A DNA stretch of 64,000 nucleotides from an uncultured Acidobacteriota bacterium (GTDB lineage: Bacteria; Acidobacteriota; Terriglobia; Bryobacterales; Bryobacteraceae). Made by a program: the position numbers and the translations under genes. The stretch spans positions 623,073-687,072 of the forward strand of contig CAWHVW010000002.1 in assembly GCA_963832965.1 (NCBI GenBank). Reading direction: 5' to 3'. The notes beneath the pieces are model-generated. The model made no database searches, was not told the origin of the DNA, and worked only from the letters and a program-made list of their open reading frames with translations. The first letter of the stretch is position 1; every line of letters starts with the position of its first letter. This document shows positions 55,097-64,000 of the stretch, piece by piece.

Positions 55097-56716
55097 TTAC
55101 GGCGCGAAGTTGCCGAATAGGTCCAGCACCAGTTGCGTTGGATTGGACGGCGCTGCCGCAATACTTCCGTTGCTCGTGGAGACAATCGCCATGTTATTGG
55201 TTATTTGTCCATCCGATGCATTCAACGTCGATGCCACCGGCTCGGATTTGCCTTCCTGCCACAGGGTAAGGTAGCCCAGCGGGCCCGGCGGCACCACCGT
55301 CGCATTGAACACGTAAGCCTGTGCCGTCGAAAGCGCTCCGCAGCCGCTTGCGGCTACATTCACGTCCAGTTGCCCGCTGAACGGTTGGCCCCCATTTTTC
55401 CGCGTGTCCAGCACGCGGCAGGGAGTCAGGTTATAAAGTGACAGTCCGCCGGTCGCCGCCGGCGCGAAGTACCCGTTGATGTCGATCACCAGTTCCGTGT
55501 CGTCGGTCGCATACACGTCCACCGCCCCGCCGGTGCCTGCCCGTACGATTGCCGCATTGGCCCTGATCGCACCCGTAGGGTCGTTCAGCGACGAAGTCAC
55601 CGGCATCGATTGCCCGGTGGGAAACGCGGTGAGATAACTCAGCGGCCCGGAAGGCACCGCGGTAAGGTTCAGCGAGTACGCCTGCGCGGTCGTCGGCACG
55701 TCGCAGGTGCTGGACAGAATCGGGAAACTGCGCGTCTGGCCGCTGCTCAGAGCGGGCGGCCCCAGCAGAGCAGGATAGCTGGACGACCGGGTGTCGGCGA
55801 TGCGGCACGGTGTCAGTGGGTAGAATGCCAGGGCACTGGTGTTAGTGGAGGGGACGAAATACCCGTCGATATCGAGGACAAGATCGGTGGCGTTGGTCGC
55901 GTAGACGCTCAAGGCGCCGCTGGTTCCCGCCGGTAGGATCGCCGCGTTGGATCGGATGGTCCCATCGAGCGAGTTCAGCGTGGAAACCAGGGGCTGCGTC
56001 TGCCCGGTGGGCCAGACGGTAATATAGCTCAACGACGCCGCTTTGGGCACCACCGTGACGTTGAGCGCGTACGCTGCCGCGGTGGACGGAATACTGCACT
56101 TGGTACTGCTGGGAATGGTGAAGCTGCGTGTGCCGTCGGCCACCAGCGAGGGAGAGCCGAGGGTGCCGTTGGCCGTACGGGTATCGACGACGCGGCACGG
56201 GGTCATGGCAATGAAACGCAGCGCGGGAGGCGCTTCCTGAATCGTAACCACACCGCTCGATCCCGTTGACGCGACACTGCTGCCGTCCGCCAACGAGGAT
56301 ACGGTTTTCGTCAATTCCAGCGAAGTTGTGGCATCGGAGGTGCCCGCCGCCACTTGAACGACGGCCTGAGCGACCACCCCATTGGCAATTCCCGTCGTCT
56401 TGCCGGCTACCAGGCAGGTTATACTGCCGCTCGCGCTCGAACAAGAAACACTCTTGCCCGCTGCCGTGGCGGCGGATCCGGGCGTGACCGTGATACCGGA
56501 GATGTCAGTGGCGTTGTAATCGAGCGTCCACTGAAGCCCCGCTGGTTCATTCCCGGTTATGCTGATGGTCAAAGTTGTCGTACTACCCCGCGCGGCGGAG
56601 TTGGAGCCGATTGTATATGTGACGTTCTGGGCGGAGGCTAACAGGCCGGTAAGAAATAGAAAGAGGGTGAACAAGCGAAAAGGCTGGAGCAGTGTCTGAA
56701 CGACGCCCGGCTCCAT
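55097..56716 (-). CDS. Secreted protein: cohesin-like N-terminal domain plus three repeats of about 129 aa with a PCRxxDTR motif
   Basis: ORF 55097..56788, start taken at MEPGVV before signal peptide FRLFTLFLFLTGLLASA. Cohesin-like GSTTTLTISITGNEPAGLQWTLDYNATDISGITV...GKSVSCSS...ITCLVAG. Repeats anchored at Cys198, Cys328 and Cys457 (ORF numbering). Confidence 0.7.
   Translation of the reverse strand: MEPGVVQTLLQPFRLFTLFLFLTGLLASAQNVTYTIGSNSAARGSTTTLTISITGNEPAGLQWTLDYNATDISGITVTPGSAATAAGKSVSCSSASGSITCLVAGKTTGIANGVVAQAVVQVAAGTSDATTSLELTKTVSSLADGSSVASTGSSGVVTIQEAPPALRFIAMTPCRVVDTRTANGTLGSPSLVADGTRSFTIPSSTKCSIPSTAAAYALNVTVVPKAASLSYITVWPTGQTQPLVSTLNSLDGTIRSNAAILPAGTSGALSVYATNATDLVLDIDGYFVPSTNTSALAFYPLTPCRIADTRSSSYPALLGPPALSSGQTRSFPILSSTCDVPTTAQAYSLNLTAVPSGPLSYLTAFPTGQSMPVTSSLNDPTGAIRANAAIVRAGTGGAVDVYATDDTELVIDINGYFAPAATGGLSLYNLTPCRVLDTRKNGGQPFSGQLDVNVAASGCGALSTAQAYVFNATVVPPGPLGYLTLWQEGKSEPVASTLNASDGQITNNMAIVSTSNGSIAAAPSNPTQLVLDLFGNFAP
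55100..56221 (-). repeat. Three tandem coding repeats (about 387-390 nt each) inside 55097..56716
   Basis: TPCR(V/I)xDTR ... C(S/D)(I/V)P..A.AY.LN.T.VP....SY(I/L)T..PTGQ..P..S.LN......R.NAAI......GA..VYAT....LV(L/I)DI.GYF.P occurs three times. Confidence 0.8.
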
Positions 56717-57229
56717 TCGAGCGTCACCTCGAATGGCCCGCGTCAGCGCTGTCAAGTTAATGAACATAGTCAACCACGCTCCTGGCAATCGTCTCTGCCG
56801 CCACTGTCTTAGTCTGAAAGTTACGAATCGCCCGGTCTGAAACTACTAGTACTATCGGAATGTTAGCCCATTACCATTCGAGGAAGCGATTGGGCGAAGC
56901 CAATAGAGCTTTCGCCAAAAACACTTACTACTCTCGGCATGAAATGCCCGATCAGGCAGTCCTGCTATGGCCTTTAAACTGAATAGTACGCTCAGGATGG
57001 TATTCTCTAAACATTTTTTGCCGGCCCCAATGGTACTTTGGTTTCCGGCACCCGAGGAAATCGCATCCCAAAGTACCCCGGCAGCGGCCGTCGACGCCGT
57101 ATTTTGCGGTCGTTGGGCGAGTAAATCGCGAGCTAACTTCGGCTCGGTACTAGTACTTTCTCAATCATTCTGAAATGCACCGCGCATCTACCCGATCCCG
57201 TGCGTGCCGGGGTTTCGCGAACGAAGCTT

Positions 57230-58888
57230 TCAGCGTCGCCGCCTGGGGGTTACGCCAAGCGAAGCAGTCGCCGACGCTCCATCCAGCGAAGCGGTCAACG
57301 TCGCCGTCTGGCTGTTGGTCACCGTGCCCGCGGTTGCCACGAAGGTGCCGCTTGAGGAGTTCGCCGCTACCGTCAGCGAGGCCGGCACGCTCACGGCCGA
57401 ATTGTTCGAGGACAAGGTCACTGGCGAGCCGCCCCCCGGAGCTGCCCCGGAAAGCGTCACCGTGCACGTCGAGGTTGCTCGCGATTCTATACTCGCCGGT
57501 GTGCACCGCAGCGTTAAGACAATCACTGGAGCCACGCTCAGCGAGGCGGTTGCCGACATTCCACCCAGTGAAGCCGTCAACGTCGCTGTCTGCTCGCTTG
57601 TGACTGCGCTCGCGGTTGCTTTGAAAGCAGCGGTAAACGAGTTTGCCGCAACCGTCACCGAAGCGGGCACGGTCACTGCGGTCATGTTCGAGGAGAGCGC
57701 CACCGCCGAGCCGCCCGCCGGCGCCGCCGCCGAAACCGTGACCGTGCAGGTTGAAGTCGCCCGCGACGCGATCGCCGCCGGCGCGCATCGCAGGGTCGAC
57801 ATGGCAACCGGAGCTACGGTGAGCGTTGCCGTCGCCGAAGTTCCACCCAGCGATGCTGTAAGCACTGACTTTTGCGTGCTGGACACCGCGGCCGCCGTGG
57901 CTGTGAATGTGGCGCCTGAGGAATTCGCCGCAATCGTCACCGAAGCCGGCACCGAAACGGCCGGGTTGCCGGAAGACAGAGCGACCGTCCAGCCGCCCGC
58001 TGGTGCTGCCGCCGAAACCCGTATTGTACAGGTCGAAATTGCGCGCGACGCCAGGCTCGCCGGTGAGCACTGCAGTGCTGACAACACGACGGAAGGCGAC
58101 AACGTCAGCGGCGTCGATGCCGACGTGCCGTTCAGCGACGCCGTGAGTACCGCGACCTGGCTGGTGAGAACGGCAACACTCGATACCGTAAAGCCGGCCG
58201 CCGCGGATCCGGCCGCCACGGCAACAGACGCCGGCATCGTCAGTGCCGGATTATTGTTTGACAGACTTACCGTGACTCCTCCGGCAGGCGCTGGTTCACT
58301 CAGCGTGACCGTGCATTCTGTGCTTGCGGGCGTGGTTATCGAGGGCGTGCTGCACAGTACCGTGTTCACACCCGGAGCCCCAACCTGAACCGAGATGGTT
58401 CCTGCCGCGGCGGCAACCGTTTCTCCCGTTCCACCGCCGGTTACGACCACGGCGTTAGTCACGCCCAAAGCTACCGATGGGTTCGTATCCGAATTCGCAA
58501 TTGTCACCGCTACCACCGCGGCAACGCCGTTCGCAATAGCGCTCTCATTCGGGCCGGAGGCGATGCAGGTTGTCGTACCGGCGCTGTTACTACATGTCAC
58601 CGTCTTTCCCGCACTGGTCAGGACAGTCCCCGCGGACACGCTGACGGCGCTAATCTCGCTCGTGTCGTATGAGAACGTCCACTGCAGGCCGCTGGGAACG
58701 TCTCCTCCGGACGCATCGAGCGTCAGGTCCAGCGATGCAGTCCCACCGGCGTTCGCCGTGCCTGACGCCAGGCTTAGCGTTTGCCCCGCCGCCGGCGTGC
58801 CGAATAAAACAAGAGCGGCAAAAGCGGTGATCGCGAACGGTGCGATGCCATGTAATGAAACAGGCGCGTTGGGCAGGTATTGCGACAT
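57230..58888 (-). CDS. Secreted protein: cohesin-like N-terminal domain plus four Ig-like repeats of about 94 aa
   Basis: 552 aa. Signal peptide AITAFAALVLFGTPAAG. Cohesin-like GGTASLDLTLDASGGDVPSGLQWTFSYDTSEISAVSV...GKTVTCSNS..TTCIASG. Repeats anchored at Cys179, 274, 368 and 462. Confidence 0.7.
   Translation of the reverse strand: MSQYLPNAPVSLHGIAPFAITAFAALVLFGTPAAGQTLSLASGTANAGGTASLDLTLDASGGDVPSGLQWTFSYDTSEISAVSVSAGTVLTSAGKTVTCSNSAGTTTCIASGPNESAIANGVAAVVAVTIANSDTNPSVALGVTNAVVVTGGGTGETVAAAAGTISVQVGAPGVNTVLCSTPSITTPASTECTVTLSEPAPAGGVTVSLSNNNPALTMPASVAVAAGSAAAGFTVSSVAVLTSQVAVLTASLNGTSASTPLTLSPSVVLSALQCSPASLASRAISTCTIRVSAAAPAGGWTVALSSGNPAVSVPASVTIAANSSGATFTATAAAVSSTQKSVLTASLGGTSATATLTVAPVAMSTLRCAPAAIASRATSTCTVTVSAAAPAGGSAVALSSNMTAVTVPASVTVAANSFTAAFKATASAVTSEQTATLTASLGGMSATASLSVAPVIVLTLRCTPASIESRATSTCTVTLSGAAPGGGSPVTLSSNNSAVSVPASLTVAANSSSGTFVATAGTVTNSQTATLTASLDGASATASLGVTPRRRR
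57248..58369 (-). repeat. Four tandem coding repeats (about 282 nt each) inside 57230..58888
   Basis: L(R/Q)C.P..I.SRA.STCTVT.S.AAP.GG..V.LSS.N.AV.VPASVTVAANS....F.ATA..V...Q.A.LTASL.G.SATA.L.V.P occurs four times. Confidence 0.8.
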
Positions 58889-59385
58889 TCACGTGAAGAG
58901 TCCCCTGACACACGCGATTATCTCTGCACCTTATAACTTACAAAGGGTGTGTTATGGTGCTTAGTCCGCAGTTAGTGGGGCTAGTGCCCGGATCAGATAT
59001 ATCCCACCCGGACATATCCGATGGCGATCGCTACAATCGTGAGTAAGTATCTCGCACCTTACCTTAGTAAGTGGTGTTAATGAGTTAATCCGGATACGCG
59101 AGCGCAAGCGCCCGCCGGGAGTCCACGAGGTGCGCGTTGCTGGCTGGGGCGATATCAGAAGCGAGCATGGCACGCTCGTGACGGATGCCTGCTGGGAGCA
59201 GCCGCTGAGCAACCGTGCCAAACCGGACGCCACCTCACCAGCCCGGAGCGCCTGCAAGAAGCCGTCGCGCCGAACGCTAATTCAGAGCCGAGCGCCAAAC
59301 CAACTTGAAGGCTTGCTCAACAAGTGTTGCCTGTGTCTTGGGAACGAAGTGTTACCCATGTGTTCGGACCGGACAAGCCGGACAA

Positions 59386-59461
<76 letters not shown>

Positions 59462-59468
59462 GTGATCG

Positions 59469-59543
59469 TGGAGCGGGAGACGGGAATCGAACCCGCAACC
59501 AACAGCTTGGAAGGCTGTGACTCTACCATTGAGTTACTCCCGC
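59469..59543 (-). tRNA. tRNA-Gly (anticodon TCC), CCA encoded
   Basis: GCGGGAGTAACTCAATGGTAGAGTCACAGCCTTCCAAGCTGTTGGTTGCGGGTTCGATTCCCGTCTCCCGCTCCA. Anticodon loop CTTCCAA, T-loop TTCGATT. Confidence 0.9.
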
Positions 59544-59703
59544 GTTTACAATGACTTGAGCGCCCGTTTTGGTGCGGACACTCGTCAATTACCGCTATCA
59601 TAGCAGGTCCCGGTATCGGTGAAGACACGCGCCGTACGCGAATGCGCCAGCAGCAAATTGCGCACCGTTCCCGACACCCCGCCGTCTCTCCCGCCGTCTT
59701 GCG

Positions 59704-59732
59704 TTGACGCGCCCCTCCGCCGGGTACATAAT
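59704..59732 (+). promoter_or_regulatory. Sigma-70-type promoter of the isc operon, followed by a likely IscR operator
   Basis: TTGACG (59704..59709), 17-nt spacer, CATAAT (59727..59732). An imperfect palindrome AGGACCAAACTGGTCT follows at 59739..59754. Confidence 0.5.
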
Positions 59733-59770
59733 GGATTCAGGACCAAACTGGTCTGGATTATTTGCGGCCA

Positions 59771-60292
59771 ATGCTGAAGCTGACCAAAAAGGCGGACTAC
59801 GGGCTGATTGCCTTGAAGCACCTGGCGATGCGCCCGCAGCCGGGCGAGGGCGGTTTTGGAAGCGCCAGCGCCAAGGAAATCGCCGACACCTATGGGGTGC
59901 CGCTGCCGCTGCTCTCGAAAATCCTGCAGAAGCTGGCGCGTGCCGGCTTTCTCCGTTCCGAGCACGGCACCAACGGCGGCTACCGGCTGGCGCGCGAACC
60001 GCGTCTGATCAGCGCTCTGGAAGTGATTCGCGCCATTGATGGGCCCATCATTCTGACCGCCTGCTTTACCGAACATGGCGGCCACGATTGCCACCATACC
60101 GAAAAATGTATCGTGCGTGAGCCCCTGCGCAAAGTGCACGAAGGGATTTTGCGACTTTTGAGCAACATCACCATCTCAGACATATCCAGCGAGGAAGGGC
60201 TGGCCGAGCCCGAAGCGCACGCCCGCGCCAGCGCCCGGTTGTACGGTCTCGAACCGGCCGCGCCGAATCTTGTGGGTCTGCGAGTGGGTTGA
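59771..60292 (+). CDS. iscR: Rrf2-family Fe-S cluster regulator IscR
   Basis: [19 protein letters not shown]... plus the Cys triad C-x9-C-x5-C ([16 protein letters not shown]). First gene of the isc operon. Confidence 0.85.
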   Translation: MLKLTKKADYGLIALKHLAMRPQPGEGGFGSASAKEIADTYGVPLPLLSKILQKLARAGFLRSEHGTNGGYRLAREPRLISALEVIRAIDGPIILTACFTEHGGHDCHHTEKCIVREPLRKVHEGILRLLSNITISDISSEEGLAEPEAHARASARLYGLEPAAPNLVGLRVG

Positions 60293-60302
60293 ACAAGGAC
60301 TT

Positions 60303-61517
60303 ATGAAGCTGCCAATTTACATGGACAATCACGCCACCAGCCCGGTGGATCCGCGTGTGTTCGAAGCCATGCGGCCGTACTTTACCGAAGTGTTCGGGAA
60401 TGCCGCCAGCCGCAATCACAGCTTCGGCTGGGAAGCCGAGGAAGCGGTGGAGGCCGCGCGCAAACAGGTGGCCGATCTGATTGGCGCAACGGCCAAGGAG
60501 ATTGTCTTCACCAGCGGCGCCACCGAATCGAATAACCTGGCCATCAAGGGCGTGGCTGAGATGTATGCCGAGAAGGGCAATCACATCATCACCGCCGCTA
60601 CCGAGCATAAGTGCGTCCTCGACACCTGCAAGCATCTGGAGAAGCAGGGCTGCCGCGTCACCTACCTGCCTGTGAGCCAGGACGGCCTGGTCGATCTGGA
60701 CATGTTGCGCGAGGCCATCACCGACAAGACCATCCTGATCAGCATCATGTACGCCAACAACGAAATTGGCGTGGTCCAGCCGGTAGCCGAGATCGCGAAG
60801 ATCGCCAAGGAAAAGGGCGTGCTGTTCCATACCGACGGCGTACAGGCAGTGGGCAAGATTCCCATCAACGTTACCCGTGACGGCATTCATCTGATGTCCC
60901 TCTCGGCGCACAAGCTCTATGGGCCGAAGGGCGTGGGCGCGCTGTATGTTCGCCGCAAGGCGCCGCGCGTGCAGCTCACGGCGCAGATGGACGGCGGCGG
61001 GCACGAGCGCGGCATGCGCTCGGGAACCCTGAACGTCACCGGCATCGTGGGACTCGGCGCGGCCTGCGCCATCTGCCAGCAGGAGATGCCCGAGGAATCT
61101 GTCCGTCTGCGCGGCCTCCGCGACAAGCTCATGAACAAGCTCATGACCGAGTTGGACGCCGTCTACATCAACGGCTCGCTCGATCGCCGGCTGCCGCACA
61201 ACCTGAACATCAGCTTCGCCTATGTGGAGGGTGAATCCCTTTTGATGGGCATCAACGACGTGGCCGTTTCAAGCGGTTCGGCCTGCACTTCGGCCACGCT
61301 TGAACCCAGCTACGTATTGAAGGCGCTGGGCGCCGGCGACGATCTCGCGCACTCTTCCATCCGCTTCGGCCTCGGGCGCTTCAATACCGAGGAAGAAGTG
61401 GACTACGTGGGAGATAAAGTAGTGGATGTGGTGAGGAAGCTCCGAGAGCTCTCTCCGCTGTATGAAATGGCCAAAGAGGGCATCGATCTGTCGAAAGTAC
61501 AGTGGGCCGCCCACTAG
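60303..61517 (+). CDS. iscS: Cysteine desulfurase IscS
   Basis: [19 protein letters not shown]..., [10 protein letters not shown] (PLP Lys), SSGSACTS (active-site Cys loop). Confidence 0.95.
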   Translation: MKLPIYMDNHATSPVDPRVFEAMRPYFTEVFGNAASRNHSFGWEAEEAVEAARKQVADLIGATAKEIVFTSGATESNNLAIKGVAEMYAEKGNHIITAATEHKCVLDTCKHLEKQGCRVTYLPVSQDGLVDLDMLREAITDKTILISIMYANNEIGVVQPVAEIAKIAKEKGVLFHTDGVQAVGKIPINVTRDGIHLMSLSAHKLYGPKGVGALYVRRKAPRVQLTAQMDGGGHERGMRSGTLNVTGIVGLGAACAICQQEMPEESVRLRGLRDKLMNKLMTELDAVYINGSLDRRLPHNLNISFAYVEGESLLMGINDVAVSSGSACTSATLEPSYVLKALGAGDDLAHSSIRFGLGRFNTEEEVDYVGDKVVDVVRKLRELSPLYEMAKEGIDLSKVQWAAH

Positions 61518-61528
61518 GCAAAAGTTAT

Positions 61529-61603
61529 GGCCACGATGAACACGAATGCCCACAGATAAGAGTTTCGGTTTCTTATTCGTCTACATTCGTGTCCATTCGT
61601 GGC
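61529..61603. repeat. REP-like long imperfect hairpin between iscS and iscU
   Basis: GGCCACGATGAACACGAATG ... CATTCGTGTCCATTCGTGGC (arms pair with one bulge and one mismatch). An inner ATAAGA/TCTTAT pairing extends the stem. Confidence 0.6.
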
Positions 61604-61627
61604 TGAAATCTTCCTGAGGAGTTTGGA

Positions 61628-62038
61628 ATGGCGTATTCAGACAAGGTTCTCGATCACTACAACAACCCGCGTAACGTCGGTTCGCTCGACAAGAGCGATC
61701 CCAACGTGGGCACCGGAATGGTGGGCGCGCCGGAATGCGGCGATGTCATGAAGCTGCAGGTGAAGGTCAACCCGGAAACCGGCGTCATTGAAGAAGCGAA
61801 GTTCAAGACGTTCGGCTGCGGCAGCGCCATCGCCAGTTCCTCGCTGGCCACCGAGTGGCTCCACGGGAAAACCGTGGATGAAGCGCTGGCCATCAAGAAC
61901 ACGGACATCGTGAATGAGCTCAGCCTGCCCCCCGTGAAAATCCATTGCTCGGTGCTGGCCGAGGATGCCATCAAGGCGGCCATCGCGGATTACCGGAAGA
62001 AGGCCGCCCCGCAGACCGTCTCTGAAGCTCGCGCTTAG
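61628..62038 (+). CDS. iscU: Fe-S cluster scaffold IscU
   Basis: GAPECGDVMKLQ, FKTFGCGSAIASSS, LPPVKIHCSVLAEDA. Confidence 0.95.
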   Translation: MAYSDKVLDHYNNPRNVGSLDKSDPNVGTGMVGAPECGDVMKLQVKVNPETGVIEEAKFKTFGCGSAIASSSLATEWLHGKTVDEALAIKNTDIVNELSLPPVKIHCSVLAEDAIKAAIADYRKKAAPQTVSEARA

Positions 62039-62043
62039 GTGCC

Positions 62044-62427
62044 ATGGCGGAAGTTTCTACACTGACCGTGTTGGGCGCGCCCGCGCAGCAGAAGCCGGAG
62101 CCGGTGGTTCATGTCACCGATAAAGCGGTGGCCAGGATCCGCCAGTCCTTCGAGCGCGAAGGCGTAACCGGCGGCGGTCTGCGCCTGGGCGTGCTGGGCG
62201 GCGGCTGTTCGGGTCTCAGCTATCTGTTCAAGTTCGATCAGAAACCGCGGGCCACCGACAAGGTCTTTGAGTTTGGCGACGTGAAGGTGTTCGTCGATCC
62301 CAAGAGCATGGTATTTCTCGACGGCATGACGCTGGACTGGCAGGATTCTTTAATGCAGTCAGGATTCGCTTTTCATAATCCGCACGCAACGAAAAGTTGT
62401 GGTTGCGGCACCTCCTTCTCCGCGTGA
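62044..62427 (+). CDS. iscA: A-type Fe-S carrier (IscA/ErpA family)
   Basis: GLRLGVLGGGCSGLSY ... CGCGTSFS C-terminus. Confidence 0.9.
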   Translation: MAEVSTLTVLGAPAQQKPEPVVHVTDKAVARIRQSFEREGVTGGGLRLGVLGGGCSGLSYLFKFDQKPRATDKVFEFGDVKVFVDPKSMVFLDGMTLDWQDSLMQSGFAFHNPHATKSCGCGTSFSA

Positions 62428-63056
62428 GGAACTGTTGGAATTGCGGCCGCGTCGCCGGCGATCTGTCCGGTGAGCGGCCGCTATTTTGTCCGGCCTGTAA
62501 CACCCTCCAGCCGCCGCCATCCGATTACTTCGCGCTGTTCGGCATCTCGCCGCGTCTCGGAATCGCGCCCGATGAGCTCCAGCAGGCTTTCTACGCGCTC
62601 AGCCGGACCCTTCACCCGGACCGTTTTGTGCGCAAGTCCGAGCGTGAACGGGAGTACTCGCTGGAGGCCTCGTCCGTTCTCAACGACGCGTGGCGGACCC
62701 TGCGGAGCCCGGTAGCCCGCGCGGAATACGTTCTCAAGCGGAACGGATTCGACATCGGTGAGCAGCGTTCCACCAACGTTCCGCCGGAATTGCTGGAAGA
62801 AGTTTTCGAGTTGAATATGGCCCTGGACGAGGTGCGCGGCGGCGACGATTCGGCGCGGCCGCAACTGGAGGCCGCTCGCGCCAATTTCGGCGCGATGCTC
62901 GGCGATATCGACGGCCAGCTCGACACGTTGTTTCACACATGGGACGAAACGCAGCGTCGCGAGGAACTCGCTTCCATTCGCGCTCTGCTGAATCGGCGCA
63001 AGTATATTCAGAATCTGGTAAGTGAGGTGAACACGCTGCTGGCGCCGGCGGCGTGA
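62424..63056 (+). CDS. hscB: Co-chaperone HscB with an N-terminal CxxC...CxxC zinc-ribbon extension
   Basis: GTG 62424 overlaps the iscA stop (GTGA). CWNCG-x14-CPAC, then J-domain DYFALFGI...LHPDRF. A C-terminal helical domain follows. Confidence 0.8.
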   Translation: MRNCWNCGRVAGDLSGERPLFCPACNTLQPPPSDYFALFGISPRLGIAPDELQQAFYALSRTLHPDRFVRKSEREREYSLEASSVLNDAWRTLRSPVARAEYVLKRNGFDIGEQRSTNVPPELLEEVFELNMALDEVRGGDDSARPQLEAARANFGAMLGDIDGQLDTLFHTWDETQRREELASIRALLNRRKYIQNLVSEVNTLLAPAA

Positions 63057-63062
63057 ACGGAC

Positions 63063-64000
63063 ATGGGCACTTTTCAAATCGACTTTGGCAAGCGCGACCG
63101 CGTGGTGGGCATCGATCTTGGCACCACCAACAGCCTGGTCGCGTTCATGGATTTCACCGGCCCGAAGATCATTCCCGGAGAGGATGGCGACAAGCTGGTT
63201 CCCAGCGTCGTCTCCATCACGGCGGAAGGCGGCGTGGTGGTGGGCAACCCGGCGCGCGAGTTGCTTATGACCCACCCCGAGCGCACCGTCTATTCGGTGA
63301 AGCGGTTAATGGGCCGGGGCGTGGATGACGTTCAGCAGGAGCTGAAGCTGTTTCCGTTTCGCATCGCGCCCGGCAGCGAATCCGTACTCCAGCTCGCTCT
63401 CGGGGAACGCACCTACACGCCGCCCGAGATCTCCGCGTTCGTTCTGCGCCAGTTGAAGAAGAACGCGGAAGCGTTTCTGGGCGAAACGGTCTCCAAGGCT
63501 GTTATTACTGTTCCGGCCTACTTCAACGATGCGCAGCGCCAGGCCACCAAAGACGCGGGGCGCATTGCCGGTCTGGAAGTTCTGCGCCTGGTCAACGAAC
63601 CCACCGCGGCCTCGCTCTCCTATGGGCTGGACAAACGCAAGAACGGCACGGTCGCGGTGTACGATTTCGGCGGCGGCACTTTCGACATTTCCATTCTGCG
63701 GTTGCACGACGGCATCTTCGAAGTGCTGGCCACTAACGGCGACACTCACCTTGGCGGCGACGATATCGACAACCTGCTGCTGCGCATCGCGCTGGAGGAC
63801 GTTGCCAGCGAGTGGGGCGTCGACCCGGCCGCCGACAATGAACTGGTGCAGCGTCTGCGTCGAGCCGTGATCCACGCCAAGGAACAGCTTTCCTTTGTTC
63901 CCGAGACCGCCATCGAGCTGGATTATCATGGCCGGCACTACGGACGCGCCATCGACCGCGAATTGTATGACCGCCTGATCGCGCCCATCGTCGATCGCAC
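63063..64000 (+). CDS. hscA: Hsp70-type chaperone HscA, N-terminal part (runs off the window)
   Basis: My translation from ATG 63063 gives [27 protein letters not shown]...[20 protein letters not shown]...[14 protein letters not shown]. Not in the ORF track because it is open at the edge. Confidence 0.9.
   Translation, partial: MGTFQIDFGKRDRVVGIDLGTTNSLVAFMDFTGPKIIPGEDGDKLVPSVVSITAEGGVVVGNPARELLMTHPERTVYSVKRLMGRGVDDVQQELKLFPFRIAPGSESVLQLALGERTYTPPEISAFVLRQLKKNAEAFLGETVSKAVITVPAYFNDAQRQATKDAGRIAGLEVLRLVNEPTAASLSYGLDKRKNGTVAVYDFGGGTFDISILRLHDGIFEVLATNGDTHLGGDDIDNLLLRIALEDVASEWGVDPAADNELVQRLRRAVIHAKEQLSFVPETAIELDYHGRHYGRAIDRELYDRLIAPIVDR

Noticed and set aside
56784-56800. Sigma-54-like element on the minus strand (CGGCAG-agacga-TTGCC) upstream of the 56716 start.
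   Set aside because: The GG-to-GC separation is 11 nt rather than the invariant 10, and sigma-54 promoters do not tolerate this.
56967-57173. 68-aa ORF between the two cohesin-headed genes.
   Set aside because: No motif, signal peptide or RBS. It sits in the region that should hold the promoter of 55097..56716.
58889-59385. A 500-nt non-coding stretch upstream of the 57230..58888 gene, examined for an ncRNA, riboswitch or a third tRNA.
   Set aside because: I could not fold a tRNA or recognise any riboswitch core. It is probably just the promoter/leader region, which I cannot support further without tools.

Overview
High-GC bacterial window. Gene content, a PEP-CTERM sorting signal and REP-type repeats suggest a soil Acidobacteriota-like genome, but that is inference only. 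Nearly all of it is one cell-envelope/exopolysaccharide (EPS) supercluster. It opens with a Wza-type exporter (1-824) and a TonB-like protein. Next come an RfaH/UpxY-like antiterminator, a priming sugar transferase and a WbpB/D/E-like amino-sugar module, together interrupted by about 20 frameshifts (3.8-8.2 kb). An apparently intact Wzx/Wzy-type block follows (8.2-29 kb): deacetylases, a beta-helix protein, flippase, acetyl- and methyltransferases, four GTs, a polymerase/ligase-like protein, AsnB, an FkbH-like protein, chain-length determinant, tyrosine-kinase-type ATPase and a CE4-like/GT4 fusion. Directly after it sits a 13.7-kb acyl-ligase/NRPS(Gly)/PKS/PKS-TE assembly line (29.0-42.8 kb). 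Then come a short LeuA-like aldolase and a UDP-sugar dehydrogenase with an IS630 element inserted at its stop codon. A regulatory and matrix-protein island spans 46.8-58.9 kb: cohesin-like and dockerin-Fn3 proteins, PilZ, a second antiterminator paralogue, a sigma-54 response regulator plus kinase, a PEP-CTERM protein, an ExeA-like ATPase and two large cohesin-headed repeat proteins. The window ends with tRNA-Thr, tRNA-Gly and the iscRSUA-hscBA operon. I saw no rRNA, CRISPR array or prophage. All domain calls come from motif recognition by eye, not from searches. Small-feature coordinates were anchored to ORF-track boundaries but may be off by 1-2 nt.
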